53,538 nt of DNA from Nemertoderma westbladi (GCA_032718475.1 JAUCBJ010000457.1:1-53538), one strand, 5' to 3'; numbered from the stretch's first letter, positions 38,001 to 50,806 are shown. Made by a program: numbers and translations. Notes: generated by a model from the letters alone, not told the origin.

Positions 38001-41000
38001 TTTTTATATTAAATTGTAATTCGTACATTATAAGCAAAGTCTATGGGGACATTGTCAGACATACTTTAAAATTTATCTTTGAAATTTAAATCATTTGTTC
38101 ACCCAGCCATGCAATGGCTGGGTGAACCACCAAAATATTAAGAGATGAAATCCGCAAAGCCTTTAAATACATTATAGGGTGGTGGGCGGGGCTAGTGGTT
38201 AGTGTTTATACATAGTTAGTTAATGATTGTATATGATTGTATATGTATATGATTGTATATATAGCGAGTTGTTAAAAAAGGGAATGGATATAACTATATG
38301 TTACAAAAGACTATGAATTTAGATCTATCGAGTTACGAATATACACTATCGCCACCTTTTAGCGTAGCGTAGGGGAGGAATACAATTAGTTGGAATCTAT
38401 GTATGGGGAATATAGCGGAACAACTATGTACGAGATACTTCTTCGACTAATAGAACAATAACTATAGCTCTTTAAACTAATTCTAGAACTACATTTACCT
38501 ACTAAAAAAACAATTAAATATAAATATAATAATAATAATAATAATAATAATACAAATTAATAATACTAATTAATGAAAAATAAATGATAAAAAAACTATC
38601 ATCACTGGATGATAGAGGATGTTTTTTAATCGCCGCAAGGCGAAAAAGGGCTTTAGCCCTCACTAACCACTACCAATTCCTCACCCAATACTAAAATCCG
38701 GGAATGTGATAGAAAGGGGGTATACTTGGGCGAGTTAGGGTATAAGGGGGCGCTTAGGGGGGAAGCCGACCATCCCAGTAGGTGGATAGACCCCCTATTA
38801 ACTTTCTAAATTTTGATTTCGAGCGAATCCGACCGACGGTTTTCGAGTTGGGCCCAATGGAACGTTTTAGAAATTTGAATTTCCCGCCAAACGCTACAGC
38901 CAAACTGGCAATAGATGGAGACTAGCGGCCAACGGGATCGCGTAGGGGGTATAGATGTTAGTCCAGCTCATTCTTTTTTTGGAACGACTCGACCTATAGG
39001 GGCCGATCGGTAGCTGATCGAACACGATCTTTACGATCTTTGGCGAAATACGACCGGAAGGAGTGGGAATTTGAGAAAAGTTTGAAAGTAGAAAATGTTC
39101 CTCACCCCCGAATTATGCTAGACGGACCCGATAAAAATTTGAAAAAAATTAATTCTAGGGGGTCTACGGGGCCAACGAAGCTTTCCGATTGGACGATATT
39201 ATTTTCGCCTATTACTACGGGAAGGAACGGTTTTAAGTTAAAACATGTACAAGAGATATGGTCGGGAGGCTCGAGCTCTATCCAACGGAAGCGGTCCCGG
39301 AATCGTAAATTAAGAAGTTCTCGAGATATAGAGGATAATTAACGAGTCGTTAAAAAATGCAGTAATTAGCAATTAGCGCTAATTAAGAGCGAATTAATTA
39401 ATCGAATCTCGAAATTAACGGTGCCAATCGATGGGAAACAACGAGAGGAGCTCGCCAATTTTTTAAATTTTCGAAAAGACCCAGCGGAAGCCGAGATAAA
39501 TGGATTTTCGTAAAATCGGGGTCCCGACCACCAAGTCGAATATCGGCGTCGAATCGCCAACTTTGGGAAGTAGGCGAAAATATACCGAAAAAGCAAAACG
39601 AGCGATATTGATTTAAAATTCGAAACTTTTTGGTCGATACGGGTTCGCTAGTGGACGATATACACTATTTTAGTCAATTTATCCAAAAGGGTCATTTTTA
39701 TGATCTTTGATCATGATCTTTATGATCTTTGGCCTAAAGCATGGAATAAGAGTATTTTTATATTAAATTGTAATTCGTACATTATAAGCAAAGTCTATGG
39801 GGACATTTTCAGACATACTTTAAAGTTTATCTTTGAAATTTAAATCATTTGTTCACCCAGCCATGCAATGGCTGGGTGAACCACCAAAATATTAAGCGAT
39901 GAAATCCGCAAAGCCTTTAAATACGTTATAGGGTGGTGGGTGGGGCTAGTGGTTAGTGTTTATACATAGTTAGGTAATGATTGTATATATAGCGAGTTGT
40001 TAAGAAAGGGAATGGGATATAATTTTATGTTACAAAAGACTATGAATTTAGATCTATAGAGTTGTTAAAAAAGGGAATGGGATATAATTTTATGTTACAA
40101 AAGACTATGAATTTAGATCTATAGAGTTACGAATATACACTAACGCCACCTTTTAGCGTAGCGTAGGGGAGGAATACAATTAGTTGGAATCTATGTATGG
40201 GGAATATAGCGGAACAACTATGTACGAGATACTTCTTCGACTAATAGAACAATAACTATAGCTCTTTAAACTAATTCTAGAACTGCATTTACCTACTAAA
40301 AAAAACAATTAAATACTAATTAATGAAAAATAAATGATAAAAAAACTATCATCACTGGATGATAGAGGATGTTTTTTAACCGCCGCAAGGCGGAAAAGGG
40401 CTTTAGCCCTCACTAACCACTACCACCGCCTCACCCAATTCAATAAACGGGGAACTATATACGGAAAAGGGTATACTTGGGCGAGTTAGGGTATAAGGGA
40501 GCGCTTAGGGGGGAAGCCGACTATCCCAGTAGGTGGATAGACCCCCTATTAACTTTCTAAATTTTGATTTCGAGCGAATCCGACCGACGGTTTTCGAGTT
40601 GGGCCCAATGGAACGTTTTAGAAATTTGAATTTCCCGCCAAAAGCTACAGCCGAGCTACAGCCAAACTGGCTATAGATGGAGACTAGCGGCCAACGGGAT
40701 CGCGTAGGGGGTATAGATGTTAGTCCAGCTCATTCTTTTTTTGGAACGACTCGACCTATAGGGGCCGATCGGTAGCTGATCGAACACGATCTTTACGATC
40801 TTTGGCGAAATACGACCGGAAGGAGTGGGAATTTGAGAAAAGTTTGAAAGTAGAAAATGTTCCTCATCCCCGAATTATGCTAGACGGACCCGATAAAAAT
40901 ATGAAAAAAATTAATTCTAGGGGGTCTACGGGGCCAACGAAGCTTTCCGATTGGACGATATTATTTTCGCCTATTACTACGGGAAGGAACGGTTTTAAGT

Positions 41001-44000
41001 TAAAACATGTACAAGAGATATGGTCGGGAAGCTCGAGCTCTATCCAACGGAAGCGGTCCCGGGATCGTAAATTAAGAAGTTCTCGAGATATAGAGGAAAA
41101 TTAACGAGTCGTTAAAAAATGCAGCAATTAGCAATTAGCGCTAATTAAGAGCGAATTAATTAATCGAATCTCGAAATTAACGGTGCCAATCGATGGGAAA
41201 CAACGAGAGGAGCTCGCCAATTTTTTAAATTTTCAAAAAGACCCAGCGGAAGCCGAGATAAATGGATTTTCGTGAAATCGGGGTCCCAACCGCCAAGTCG
41301 AATATCAGCATCGAATCGCCACCTTTGGGAAGTAGGCGAAAATATACCGAAAAAGCAAAACGAGCGATATTGATTTAAAATTCGAAACTTTTTGGTCGAC
41401 ACGGGCTCGCTAGTGGATGATATACACTATTTTAGTCAATTTGTCCAAAAGGGTCATTTTTATTATCTTTGATCATGATCTTTATGATCTTTGGCCTAAA
41501 GCATGGAATATGAGTATTTTCATATTTTATATTAATTCATACATTGTACGCAAAGTCTATGGGGACATTTCCAGACATACTTTCATATTTATCTTTGAAA
41601 TTTAAATCATTTGTTCACCCAGCCATGCAATGGCTGGGTGAACCACCAAAATATTAAGAGATGAAATCCGCAAAGCCTTTAAATACATTATAGGGTGGTG
41701 GGTGGGGCTAGTGGTTAGTGTTTATACATAGTTAGGTAATGATTGTATATATAGCGAGTTGTTAAAAAAGGGAATGGATATAACTTTATGTTACAAAAGA
41801 CTATGAATTTAGATCTATCGAGTTACGAATATACTCTATCGCCACCTTTTAGCGTAGCGTAGGGGAGGAATACAATTAGTTGGAATCTATGTGTGGGGAA
41901 TATAGCGGAACAACTATGTACGAGATACTTCTTCGACTTCTACAGTAGAACAATTAGTATAGTTCTTTAAACTAATTTTAGAACTCCGTTTACCTACTAA
42001 AAAACAAATAAATATAATTAAATTTATAATAATAATAATAATAATAACAAGGTCTACTAAAATATACAAGCTATACTGATCAAGAATAAATGATAAAAAA
42101 ACGATATCACTGGATGATAGAGGATGTTTTTTAATCGCCGCAAGGCGAAAAAGGGCTTTAGCCCTTACTAACCACTACCAATTCCTCACCCAATACTAAA
42201 ATCCGGGAATGTGATAGAAAGGGGGTATACTTGGGCGAGTTAGGGTATAAGGGGGCGCTTAGGGGGGAAGCCGACCATCCCAGTAGGAGGATAGACCCCC
42301 TATTAACTTTCTAAATTTTGATTTCGAGCGAATCCGACCGACGGTTTTCGAGTTGGGCCCAATGGAACGTTTTAGAAATTTGAATTTCCCGCCAAACGCT
42401 ACAGCCAAACTGGCAATAGATGGAGACTAGCGGCCAACGGGATCGCGTAGAGGGTATAGATGTTAGTCCAGCTCATTCTTTTTTTGGAACGACTCGACCT
42501 ATAGGGGCCGATCGGTAGCTGATCGAACACGATCTTTACGATCTTTGGCGAAATACGACCGGAAGGAGTGGGAATTTGGGAAAAGTTTGAAAGTAGAAAA
42601 TGTTCCTCACCCCCGAATTATGCTAGACGGACCCGATAAAAATTTGAAAAAAATTAATTCTAGGGGGTCTACGGGGCCAACGAAGCTTTCCGATTGGACG
42701 ATATTATTTTCGCCTATTACTACGGGAAGGAACGGTTTTAAGTTAAAACATGTACAAGAGATATGGTCGGCAAGCTCGAGCTCTATCCAACGGAAGCGGT
42801 CCCGGAATCGTAAATTAAGAAGTTCTCGAGATATAGAGGAAAATTAACGAGTCGTTAAAAAATGCAGTAATTAGCAATTAGCGCTAATTAAGAGCGAATT
42901 AATTAATCGAATCTCAAAATTAACGGTGCCAATCGATGGGAAACAACGAGAGGAGCTCGCCAATTTTTTAAATTTTCGAAAAGACCCAGCGGAAGCCGAG
43001 ATAAATGGATTTCCGTAAAATTGGGGTCCCGACCACCTAGTCGAATATCGGAGGCGAATCACCACCTTTGGGAAGTAGGCGAAAATATACCGAAAAAGCA
43101 AAATGAGCGATATTGATTTAAAATTCGAAACTTTTTGGTCGATACGGGTTCGCTAGTGGACGATAAACACAATTTTAGTCAATTTATCCAAAAGGGTCAT
43201 TTTTATGATCTTTGATCATGATCTTTGTGATCTTTGGCCTAAAGCATGGAATAAGAGTATTTTTATATTAAATTGTAATTCGTACATTATAAGCAAAGTC
43301 TATGGGGACATTTTCAGACATACTTTAAAGTTTATCTTTGAAATTTAAATCATTTGTTCACCCAGCCATGCAATGGCTGGGTGAACCACCAAAATATTAA
43401 GCGATGAAATCCGCAAAGCCTTTAAATACGTTATAGGGTGGTGGGTGGGGCTAGTGGTTAGTGTTTATACATAGTTAGGTAATGATTGTATATATAGCGA
43501 GTTGTTAAAAAAGGGAATGGGATATAATTTTATGTTACAAAAGACTATGAATTTAGATCTATAGAGTTACGAATATACACTAACGCCACCTTTTAGCGTA
43601 GCGTAGGGGAGGAATACAATTAGTTGGAATCTATGTATGGGGAATATAGCGGAACAACTATGTACGAGATACTTCTTCGACTAATAGAACAATAACAAAC
43701 TATAGCTCTTTAAACTAATTCTAGAACTGCATTTACCTACTAAAAAAAACAATTAAATACTAATTAATGAAAAATAAATGATAAAAAAACTATCATCACT
43801 GGATGACAGAGGTTGTTTTTTAACCGCCGCAAGGCGGAAAAGGGCTTTAGCCCTCACTAACAACTATGGATTCCTCACCACGTATAATAATCCATGTTGT
43901 TTAGTCAGAAAAGGGTATAGTTGGGCGAGTTAGGGTATAAGGGGACGCTTAGGGGGGAAGCCAACCATCCCAGTAGGTGGATAGACCCCCTATTAACTTT

Positions 44001-45535
44001 CTAAATTTTGATTTCGAGCGAATCCGACCGACAGTTTTCGAGTTGGGGCCAATTGAACGTTTTTGAAATTTGAATTTCCCGCCAAACGCTACAGCCAAAC
44101 TGGCTATAGATGGAGACTAGCGGCCAACGGGATCGCGTAGGGGGTATAGATGTTAGTCCAGCTCATTCTTTTTTTGGAACGACTCGACCTATAGGGGCCG
44201 ATCGGTAGCTGATCGAACACGATCTTTACGATCTTTGGCGAAATACGACCGGAAGGAGTGGGAATTTGAGAAAAGTTTGAAAGTAGAAAATGTTCCTCAC
44301 CCCCGAATTATGCTAGACGGACCCGATAAAAATTTGAAAAAAATTAATTCTAGGGGGTCTACGGGGCCAACGAAGCTTTCCGATTGGACGATATTATTTT
44401 CGCCTATTACTACGGGAAGGAACGGTTTTAAGTTAAAACATGTACAAGAGATATGGTCGGGAAGCTCGAGCTCTATCCAACGGAAGCGGTCCCGGGATCG
44501 TAAATTAAGAAGTTCTCGAGATATAGAGGAAAATTAACGAGTCGTTAAAAAATGCAGTAATTAGCAATTAGCGCTAATTAAGAGCGAATTAATTAATCGA
44601 ATCTCGAAATTAACGGTGCCAATCGATGGGAAATAACGAGAGGAGCTCGCCAATTTTTTAAATTTTCGAAAAGACCCAGCGGAAGCCGAGATAAATGGAT
44701 TTTCGTAAAATCGGGGTCCCGACCACCAAGTCGAATATCAGCGTCGAATCATCACCTTTGGGAAGTAGGCGAAAATATACCGAAAAAGCAAAATGAGCGA
44801 TATTGATTTAAAATTCGAAACTTTTTGGTCGATACGGGTTCGCTAGTGGACGATAAACACAATTTTAGTCAATTTGCCCAAAAGGGTCATTTTTATGATC
44901 TTTGATCATGATCTTTATGATCTTTGGCCTAAAGCATGGAATATGAGTATTTTCATATTTTATATTAATTAATACAATGTACGCAAAGTCTATGGGGACA
45001 TTTCCAGACATACTTTCACATTTATCTTTGAAATTTAAATCATTTGTTCACCCAGCCATGCAATGGCTGGGTGAACCACCCAAATATTAAGCGATGAAAT
45101 CCACAAAGCCTTTAAATACATTATAGGGTGGTGGGTGGGGCTAGTGGTTAGTGTTTATACATAGTTAGGTAATGATTGTATATATAGCAATTTGTTAAAA
45201 AAGGGAATGGATATAGCTTTATGTTACATAAGACAGTAAATTTTGATTTTCCGAGTCACGAATATACACCATGGTCACCATTTAGAATAGGCGAGAATAC
45301 AACTAATTCGAATCCATGTGTTGGGAATATAGTGGAACAACTACATACAAGATACTTCTTCGACTACTAGAACCATTAACTATAGCTCTTCAAACTAATT
45401 CTAGAACAACTTTTACCTACTAAAAAAACCAATAAAATATAATTAAACCTATATAATAATAAAAATATAATAATAATAAGGCCAATTAAGCTACACTGAT
45501 CAAGAATAAATGATAAAAAAACGATATCACTGGAT
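35097..45535. repeat. Macrosatellite: six head-to-tail copies of a ~1.75-kb non-coding unit, probably TE-derived, in VPS52 intron 4
   Basis: Unit starts (GATGAYAGAGG) at ~35097, 36853, 38608, 40358, 42113 and 43802; the array ends at ATATCACTGGAT ~45535. Confidence 0.97.
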
Positions 45536-46169
45536 TTCTGACAAAAGACTCGCATCTACCTACAACGAATTAAAAATAACTGAATCGGTCTGTACGAATG
45601 TATTGAGTATATAGAGTTGAGTGGTACTAGCTTTGCTATTAGCTGCACTCCTTTCCCTTAACCCGTATTTCTGTTTGGATAGGCCATATTTGGTGTATTT
45701 TTTATAATTCGTAGTATTTGAAATTATTATTTTGTTTTATGAATTAAAAATAATTAATGTTTGAATGTCATTCACAAATAATAATGTGTAATCAAATCAT
45801 ATCAATAAATGGCGGCGCATGTTCAACGAATCCGACTAAAGACTGTAGAAATTTCGCTCTTTAAAATTGGGTCCCTTAGTAGTATTGTATTTAAATCACT
45901 CCTATTCTAGCCAATCATTAGCGAGAGGCCAATCACATTAGAGATTAGTGCCTACGACAACCCAGCGGTATAATGCTATGGGAACTTCTGCTGGGACAGT
46001 CAAGTCTGCAGGCCTCTCTGCCTTATAGGTAACAGCCAAGAGAGAGAAGGTTTCGGGTTGGCGCCGGTGTTTCGTGTTTCAAACATTCACCGATAATTTT
46101 ACTTTTATCAAACAATAAATTCCATAATTTCCAACATTAGCACTATATTACTAGAGAATTATAACTTAC

Positions 46170-46421
46170 CGAACTTTAAGCAACGATTGTTGTGGCATCT
46201 GGTAATTGGCCATCGGTTTCTTAAACTTCATAATATTTGACAACAAATAGTCCCGTATCTTGGACAATGCTTTAATTTTGAGTTTCTCTATAACATCCTT
46301 AACATCCTGCGAGCTGGCGGCTTCCTTGAAGGATTGCTCTTTAACGAAGTTTATCTTGTGATTGAGTTCGTGGAGTTGTTCCAGAAAGTATCGATCAGTT
46401 ACTGGAGTGTCTAAAATGTGT
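46170..46421 (-). CDS. VPS52: VPS52 coding exon 4
   Basis: TTTCAG acceptor; HILDTPVTDRYFLEQLHEL...FKKPMANYQMPQQSLLKV; CG|GTAAGT donor; 252 nt, phase 2-2. Confidence 0.95.
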
Positions 46422-46661
46422 CTGAAATAGGCGGAAACAATCAATTTATATTTCGATGTGATCAAGCGCACACGGATTTGAGATCAGTTGTAACACCGAC
46501 TCAGCGATTTATTAATGTAATCGGTATTATAGTACCGAAGCTAGTGGAGTGCTTCAAACCGTTACCTCAAAAATCATTTGAACTTTATTTCTTAACAAAA
46601 TTGGAAATTGGAACGGTTTGCCTAATGAAATAAAAAAACATAGATAATAAACATTATATTA

Positions 46662-48280
46662 AAAGTGTCCACTGTCCGGGGTGCATCTGGACAGTGTCCA
46701 CTGTCCGGGGTGCATCTGGACAGTGTCCACTGTCCGGGGTGCATCTGGACAGTGTCCACTGTTCGGGGTGCATCTGGACAGTGGCCACTGTCCGGGGTGC
46801 ATCTGGAAAGTGTCCACTGTCCGGGGTGCATCTGGACAGTGGCCACTGTCCGGGGTGCATCTGGACAGTGGCCACTGTCCGGGGTGCATCTGGACAGTGG
46901 CCACTGTCCGGGGTGCATCTGGAAAGTGTCCACTGTCCGGGGTGCATCTGGACAGTGTCCACTGTCCGGGGTGCATCTGGACAGTGTCCACTGTCCGGGG
47001 TGCATCTGGACAGTGGCCACTGTCCGGGGTGCTTCTGGACAGTGGCCACTGTCCGGGGTGCATCTGGACAGTGGCCACTGTCCGGGTTGCATCTGGACAG
47101 TGGCCACTGTCCGGGGTGCATCTGGACAGTGGCCACTGTCCGGGGTGCTTCTGGACAGTGGCCACTGTCCGGGGTGCATCTGGAAAGTGTCCACTGTCCG
47201 GGGTGCATCTGGACAGTGGCCACTGTCCGGGGTGCATCTGGACAGTGGCCACTGTCCGGGGTGCATCTGGAAAGTGTCCACTGTCCGGGGTGCATCTGGA
47301 CAGTGTCCACTGTCCGGGGTGCATCTGGACAGTGTCCACTGTCCGGGGTGCATCTGGACAGTGGCCACTGTCCGGGGTGCATCTGGACAGTGGCCACTGT
47401 CCGGGGTGCATCTGGAAAGTGTCCACTGTCCGGGGTGCATCTGGACAGTGGCCACTGTCCGGGGTGCATCTGGACAGTGGCCACTGTCCGGGGTGCATCT
47501 GGACAGTGTCCACTGTCCGGGGTGCATCTGGACAGTGGCCACTGTCCGGGGTGCATCTGGACAGTGTCCACTGTCCGGGGTGCATCTGGACAGTGGCCAC
47601 TGTCCGGGGTGCATCTGGACAGTGGCCACTGTCCGGGGTGCATCTGGACAGTGGCCACTGTCCGGGGTGCATCTGGAAAGTGTCCACTGTCCGGGGTGCA
47701 TCTGGACAGTGTCCACTGTCCGGGGTGCATCTGGACAGTGTCCACTGTCCGGGGAGCATCTGGACAGTGGCCACTGTCCGGGGTGCATCTGGACAGTGGC
47801 CACTGTCCGGGGTGCATCTGGAAAGTGTCCACTGTCCGGGGTGCATCTGGACAGTGGCCACTGTCCGGGGTGCATCTGGACAGTGGCCACTGTCCGGGCT
47901 GCATCTGGAAAGTGTCCACTGTCCGGGGTGCATCTGGACAGTGTCCACTGTCCGGGGTGCATCTGGACAGTGTCCACTGTCCGGGGTGCATCTGGACAGT
48001 GTCCACTGTCCGGGGTGCATCTGGACAGTGGCCACTGTCCGGGGTGCATCTGGAAAGTGTCCACTGTCCGGGGTGCATCTGGACAGTGGCCACTGTCCGG
48101 GGTGCATCTGGACAGTGGCCACTGTCCGGGGTGCATCGGGACAGTGGCCACTGTCCGGGGTGCATCTGGACGGTGGCCACTGTCCGGGGTGCATCTGGAC
48201 AGTGGCCACTGTCCGGGGTGCATCTGGACAGTGGCCACTGTCCGGGGTGCATCTGGACGGTGGCCACTGTCCGGGGTGCA
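46662..48280. repeat. 29-bp GC-rich palindromic minisatellite, ~56 copies, in VPS52 intron 3
   Basis: Unit GTGKCCACTGTCCGGGGTGCATCTGGACA; the G variant creates the perfect 18-bp palindrome GGACAGTGGCCACTGTCC. Confidence 0.98.
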
Positions 48281-48316
48281 ATAGGATATTGGACACTGTC
48301 CTGTTGCACCCCGGAG

Positions 48317-48989
48317 TCAGTTACACTCACAACTCACAGTATCATGAACTCAGTTACGTTCACAACTTACAGTATCATGAGCTCAGTTACACTCACAACT
48401 TACAGTATCATGAGCTCAGTTACGCTCACAACTTACAGTATCATGAGCTCAGTTACACTCACAACTTACAGTATCATGAGCTCAGTTACACTCACAACTT
48501 ACAGTATCATGAGCTCAGTTACACTCACAACTTACAGTATCATGAGCTCAGTTACGCTCACAACTTACAGTATCATGAGCTCAGTTACACTCACAACTTA
48601 CAGTATCATGAGCTCAGTTACACTCACAACTTACAGTATCATGAGCTCAGTTACACTCACAACTTACAGTATCATGAGCTCAGTTACGCTCACAACTTAC
48701 AGTATCATGAGCTCAGTTACACTCACAACTTACAGTATCATGAGCTCAGTTACACTCACAACTTACAGTATCATGAGCTCAGTTACGCTCACAACTTACA
48801 GTATCATGAGCTCAGTTACACTCACAACTTACAGTATCATGAGCTCAGTTACGCTCACAACTTACAGTATCATGAGCTCAGTTACACTCACAACTTACAG
48901 TATCATGAGCTCAGTTACACTCACAACTTACAGTATCATGAGCTCAGTTACACTCACAACTTACAGTATCATGAGCTCAGTTACACTCA
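48317..48989 (-). repeat. 33-bp tandem array, 20 copies of the VPS52 exon-3 3' end plus donor site
   Basis: Minus-strand unit GAGTGTAACTGAGCTCATGATACT|GTAAGTTGT; donors from 48964 to 48337 at 33-bp spacing. Confidence 0.98.
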
Positions 48990-49140
48990 TCTCATCAACG
49001 AACTGGCTGAGATTGCCACGAACAGCCTGTCTGTTTTTTAGCTTCACATTCATGGTTATCGACTGATCTTGTAGAGATCGGATCTCGCCACTGATGGAGG
49101 AGAGTTTATCCTGGAAACCGCACAACATATCCTCCATGCG
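48965..49140 (-). CDS. VPS52: VPS52 coding exon 3
   Basis: CAG acceptor; RMEDMLCGFQDKLSSISGEIRSLQDQSITMNVKLKNRQAVRGNLSQFVDEMSVTELMI; CT|GTAAGT donor (phase 2). Not in the ORF track; read manually. Confidence 0.95.
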
Positions 49141-49305
49141 CTGTACGGAAGGGGGAAAGTGTAAAATTTATAAAAAAATATGGGCTGTATCAGATCAGTC
49201 GATCACACTTTACACTACAGACAGGCTCCACTTAGGGTGAGTACAAAACAAAGACCCAATTATAATGACCTGCATAATCTTGTAACATGTGTTAACTTTC
49301 GTTTA

Positions 49306-50278
49306 GGGGCCAATCATAAATGACGTCACGTTTTTTAAAGAAATTTTTGACCCCCCCCCCCCCCTCCCCCCCTTTCGTCACAAATCGTCACGAAATGGCT
49401 ACCCCCCCCCCCCCCCTCCCCAATGTCACGTCACACTATATATAATTAAATGATTACTCTTATATTATTAGAACAATAAATCTGGAATAAATTTGTCAAC
49501 TATAAAATATAGATATATACTAACATTACAAATTACAGTAATACGAGTTTTTCAGACATGCTCCCATGGGCACGACAGGTGGTCTGTCATGCTTATAATG
49601 GCCATTGGTGATACATCAGCTACTGGGTGTGAGTTCGCAGGGGATTGGCCTCCGCTTTGCAGGACATTGCTTTCGCCGTGAGGACCAGCCAGTGCATAAT
49701 CTTGTACTTTGGCAGCCTCATGGAGTGAATAGGCATGGTGGACAGCCCATGACTTTGTTGAGACGCATCTTAGAGGACACTGGCCTAGAAGATGCGGATG
49801 ATCCAGCAAATGTCATTGGCGATAGGGAATTGTGGCGGCGCAATTTTGTCGACAAGCCGGCACAGCATTCTTAAAAATGCAGCTGCAATGCAGCTGCCGA
49901 TCATAGCCGATTGATAATCAAAACGAGTTTTGGAACTACCGCTACCATGAAAGGATGTAAGATTTTTAGTAAAACTTTCGATGCAAAGTAAAGATAACAT
50001 TCTTTACAAACACGCTCTCTAATTTTACCAATTATGGAAGGGCAGTAGAGTTCGTAAGGTAAGATTTTAATGGTTATCATTGGAAGAGGTAATAGTTTAA
50101 TAGTAAACACGTTAATAGTATACACGTTATGTATTTAATATACAGTAATTTAATCGGAAACTTATAATGTGACGTCACGATATTGCGGACACCCCCCACC
50201 CCCTCGTCACAAATCGTCACGAAATACCAAACCCCCTCCCCCCCCCTGTCCAGCGTGACGTCATTTATGGATGGCCCC
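49306..50278. mobile_element. Non-autonomous DNA transposon with TTA TSD (Zator- or PIF/Harbinger-like) in VPS52 intron 2
   Basis: TIRs GGGGCCAATCATAAATGACGTCACG / CGTGACGTCATTTATGGATGGCCCC; TTA on both sides (49303-49305, 50279-50281); subterminal C-tracts with TCGTCACAAATCGTCACGAAAT. Confidence 0.88.
49640..49874 (+). mobile_element. 3'-terminal fragment of a non-LTR retrotransposon ORF (RTE-like LINE)
   Basis: LRFAGHCFRREDQPVHNLVLWQPHG...GGQP...EDTGL...DRELWR resembles the conserved C-terminal tail of RTE-type reverse-transcriptase ORFs. Boundaries approximate. Confidence 0.7.
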
Positions 50279-50806
50279 TTATTGTTTTGGTTCCCCCAAC
50301 ACGCCTAATTAAATGGCAATGGGACCTAACGCAACGTTACCCCTTTGTTTTGTATTAACCGCTCCACTTATTATATATATATGGAAAACTTTATTGGAAC
50401 TCAATGATTGCTGGATTGGGGTGATTTGTAGTTAGTTACTGAGTTGGATATTGGTTTGCCAATAACGCTTTATGTTTGCTCCTGTAGTGCGATAGAGCCT
50501 TATTGGGGATTGTTACTTTGGTGACCGACCTTTTCAACTTGTCATTCTACAGCTGCGTACCGGTACCTATTGCTTGACTGCCAGATTTTTTTGGGTTACA
50601 GAATGACTACTGACTGTCTGACCATATGGTTTCCCTCAATTGGTAAATTGATCGTTTATTGTTTTGTTAGAAAAGCCCACCTCTGTAACCTGCTCCTTTC
50701 CCTCAATTGGTTTATGATGTGTGCTACTTATTTATGAAAAAAATGTTTATGAAAAATATTATTAAAAGTGTTTCATACAATAAGTGGTACCGGTATACAA
50801 ACTTAC

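Noticed and set aside
35541-44537. 100-aa ORF (MAKYDRKEW...) in all six macrorepeat units
   Set aside because: TTG start, no recognisable domain or splice context; conservation is explained by recent duplication.
35097-45535. Possible rDNA, 5S, snRNA or histone tandem cluster
   Set aside because: I recognise no rRNA, snRNA or histone sequence in the unit; an Rfam search would be the formal test.
46622-49066. 540-790-aa ORFs in all six frames
   Set aside because: A stop-free 29-bp repeat is open in every frame; no unique domain, and it lies in a VPS52 intron.
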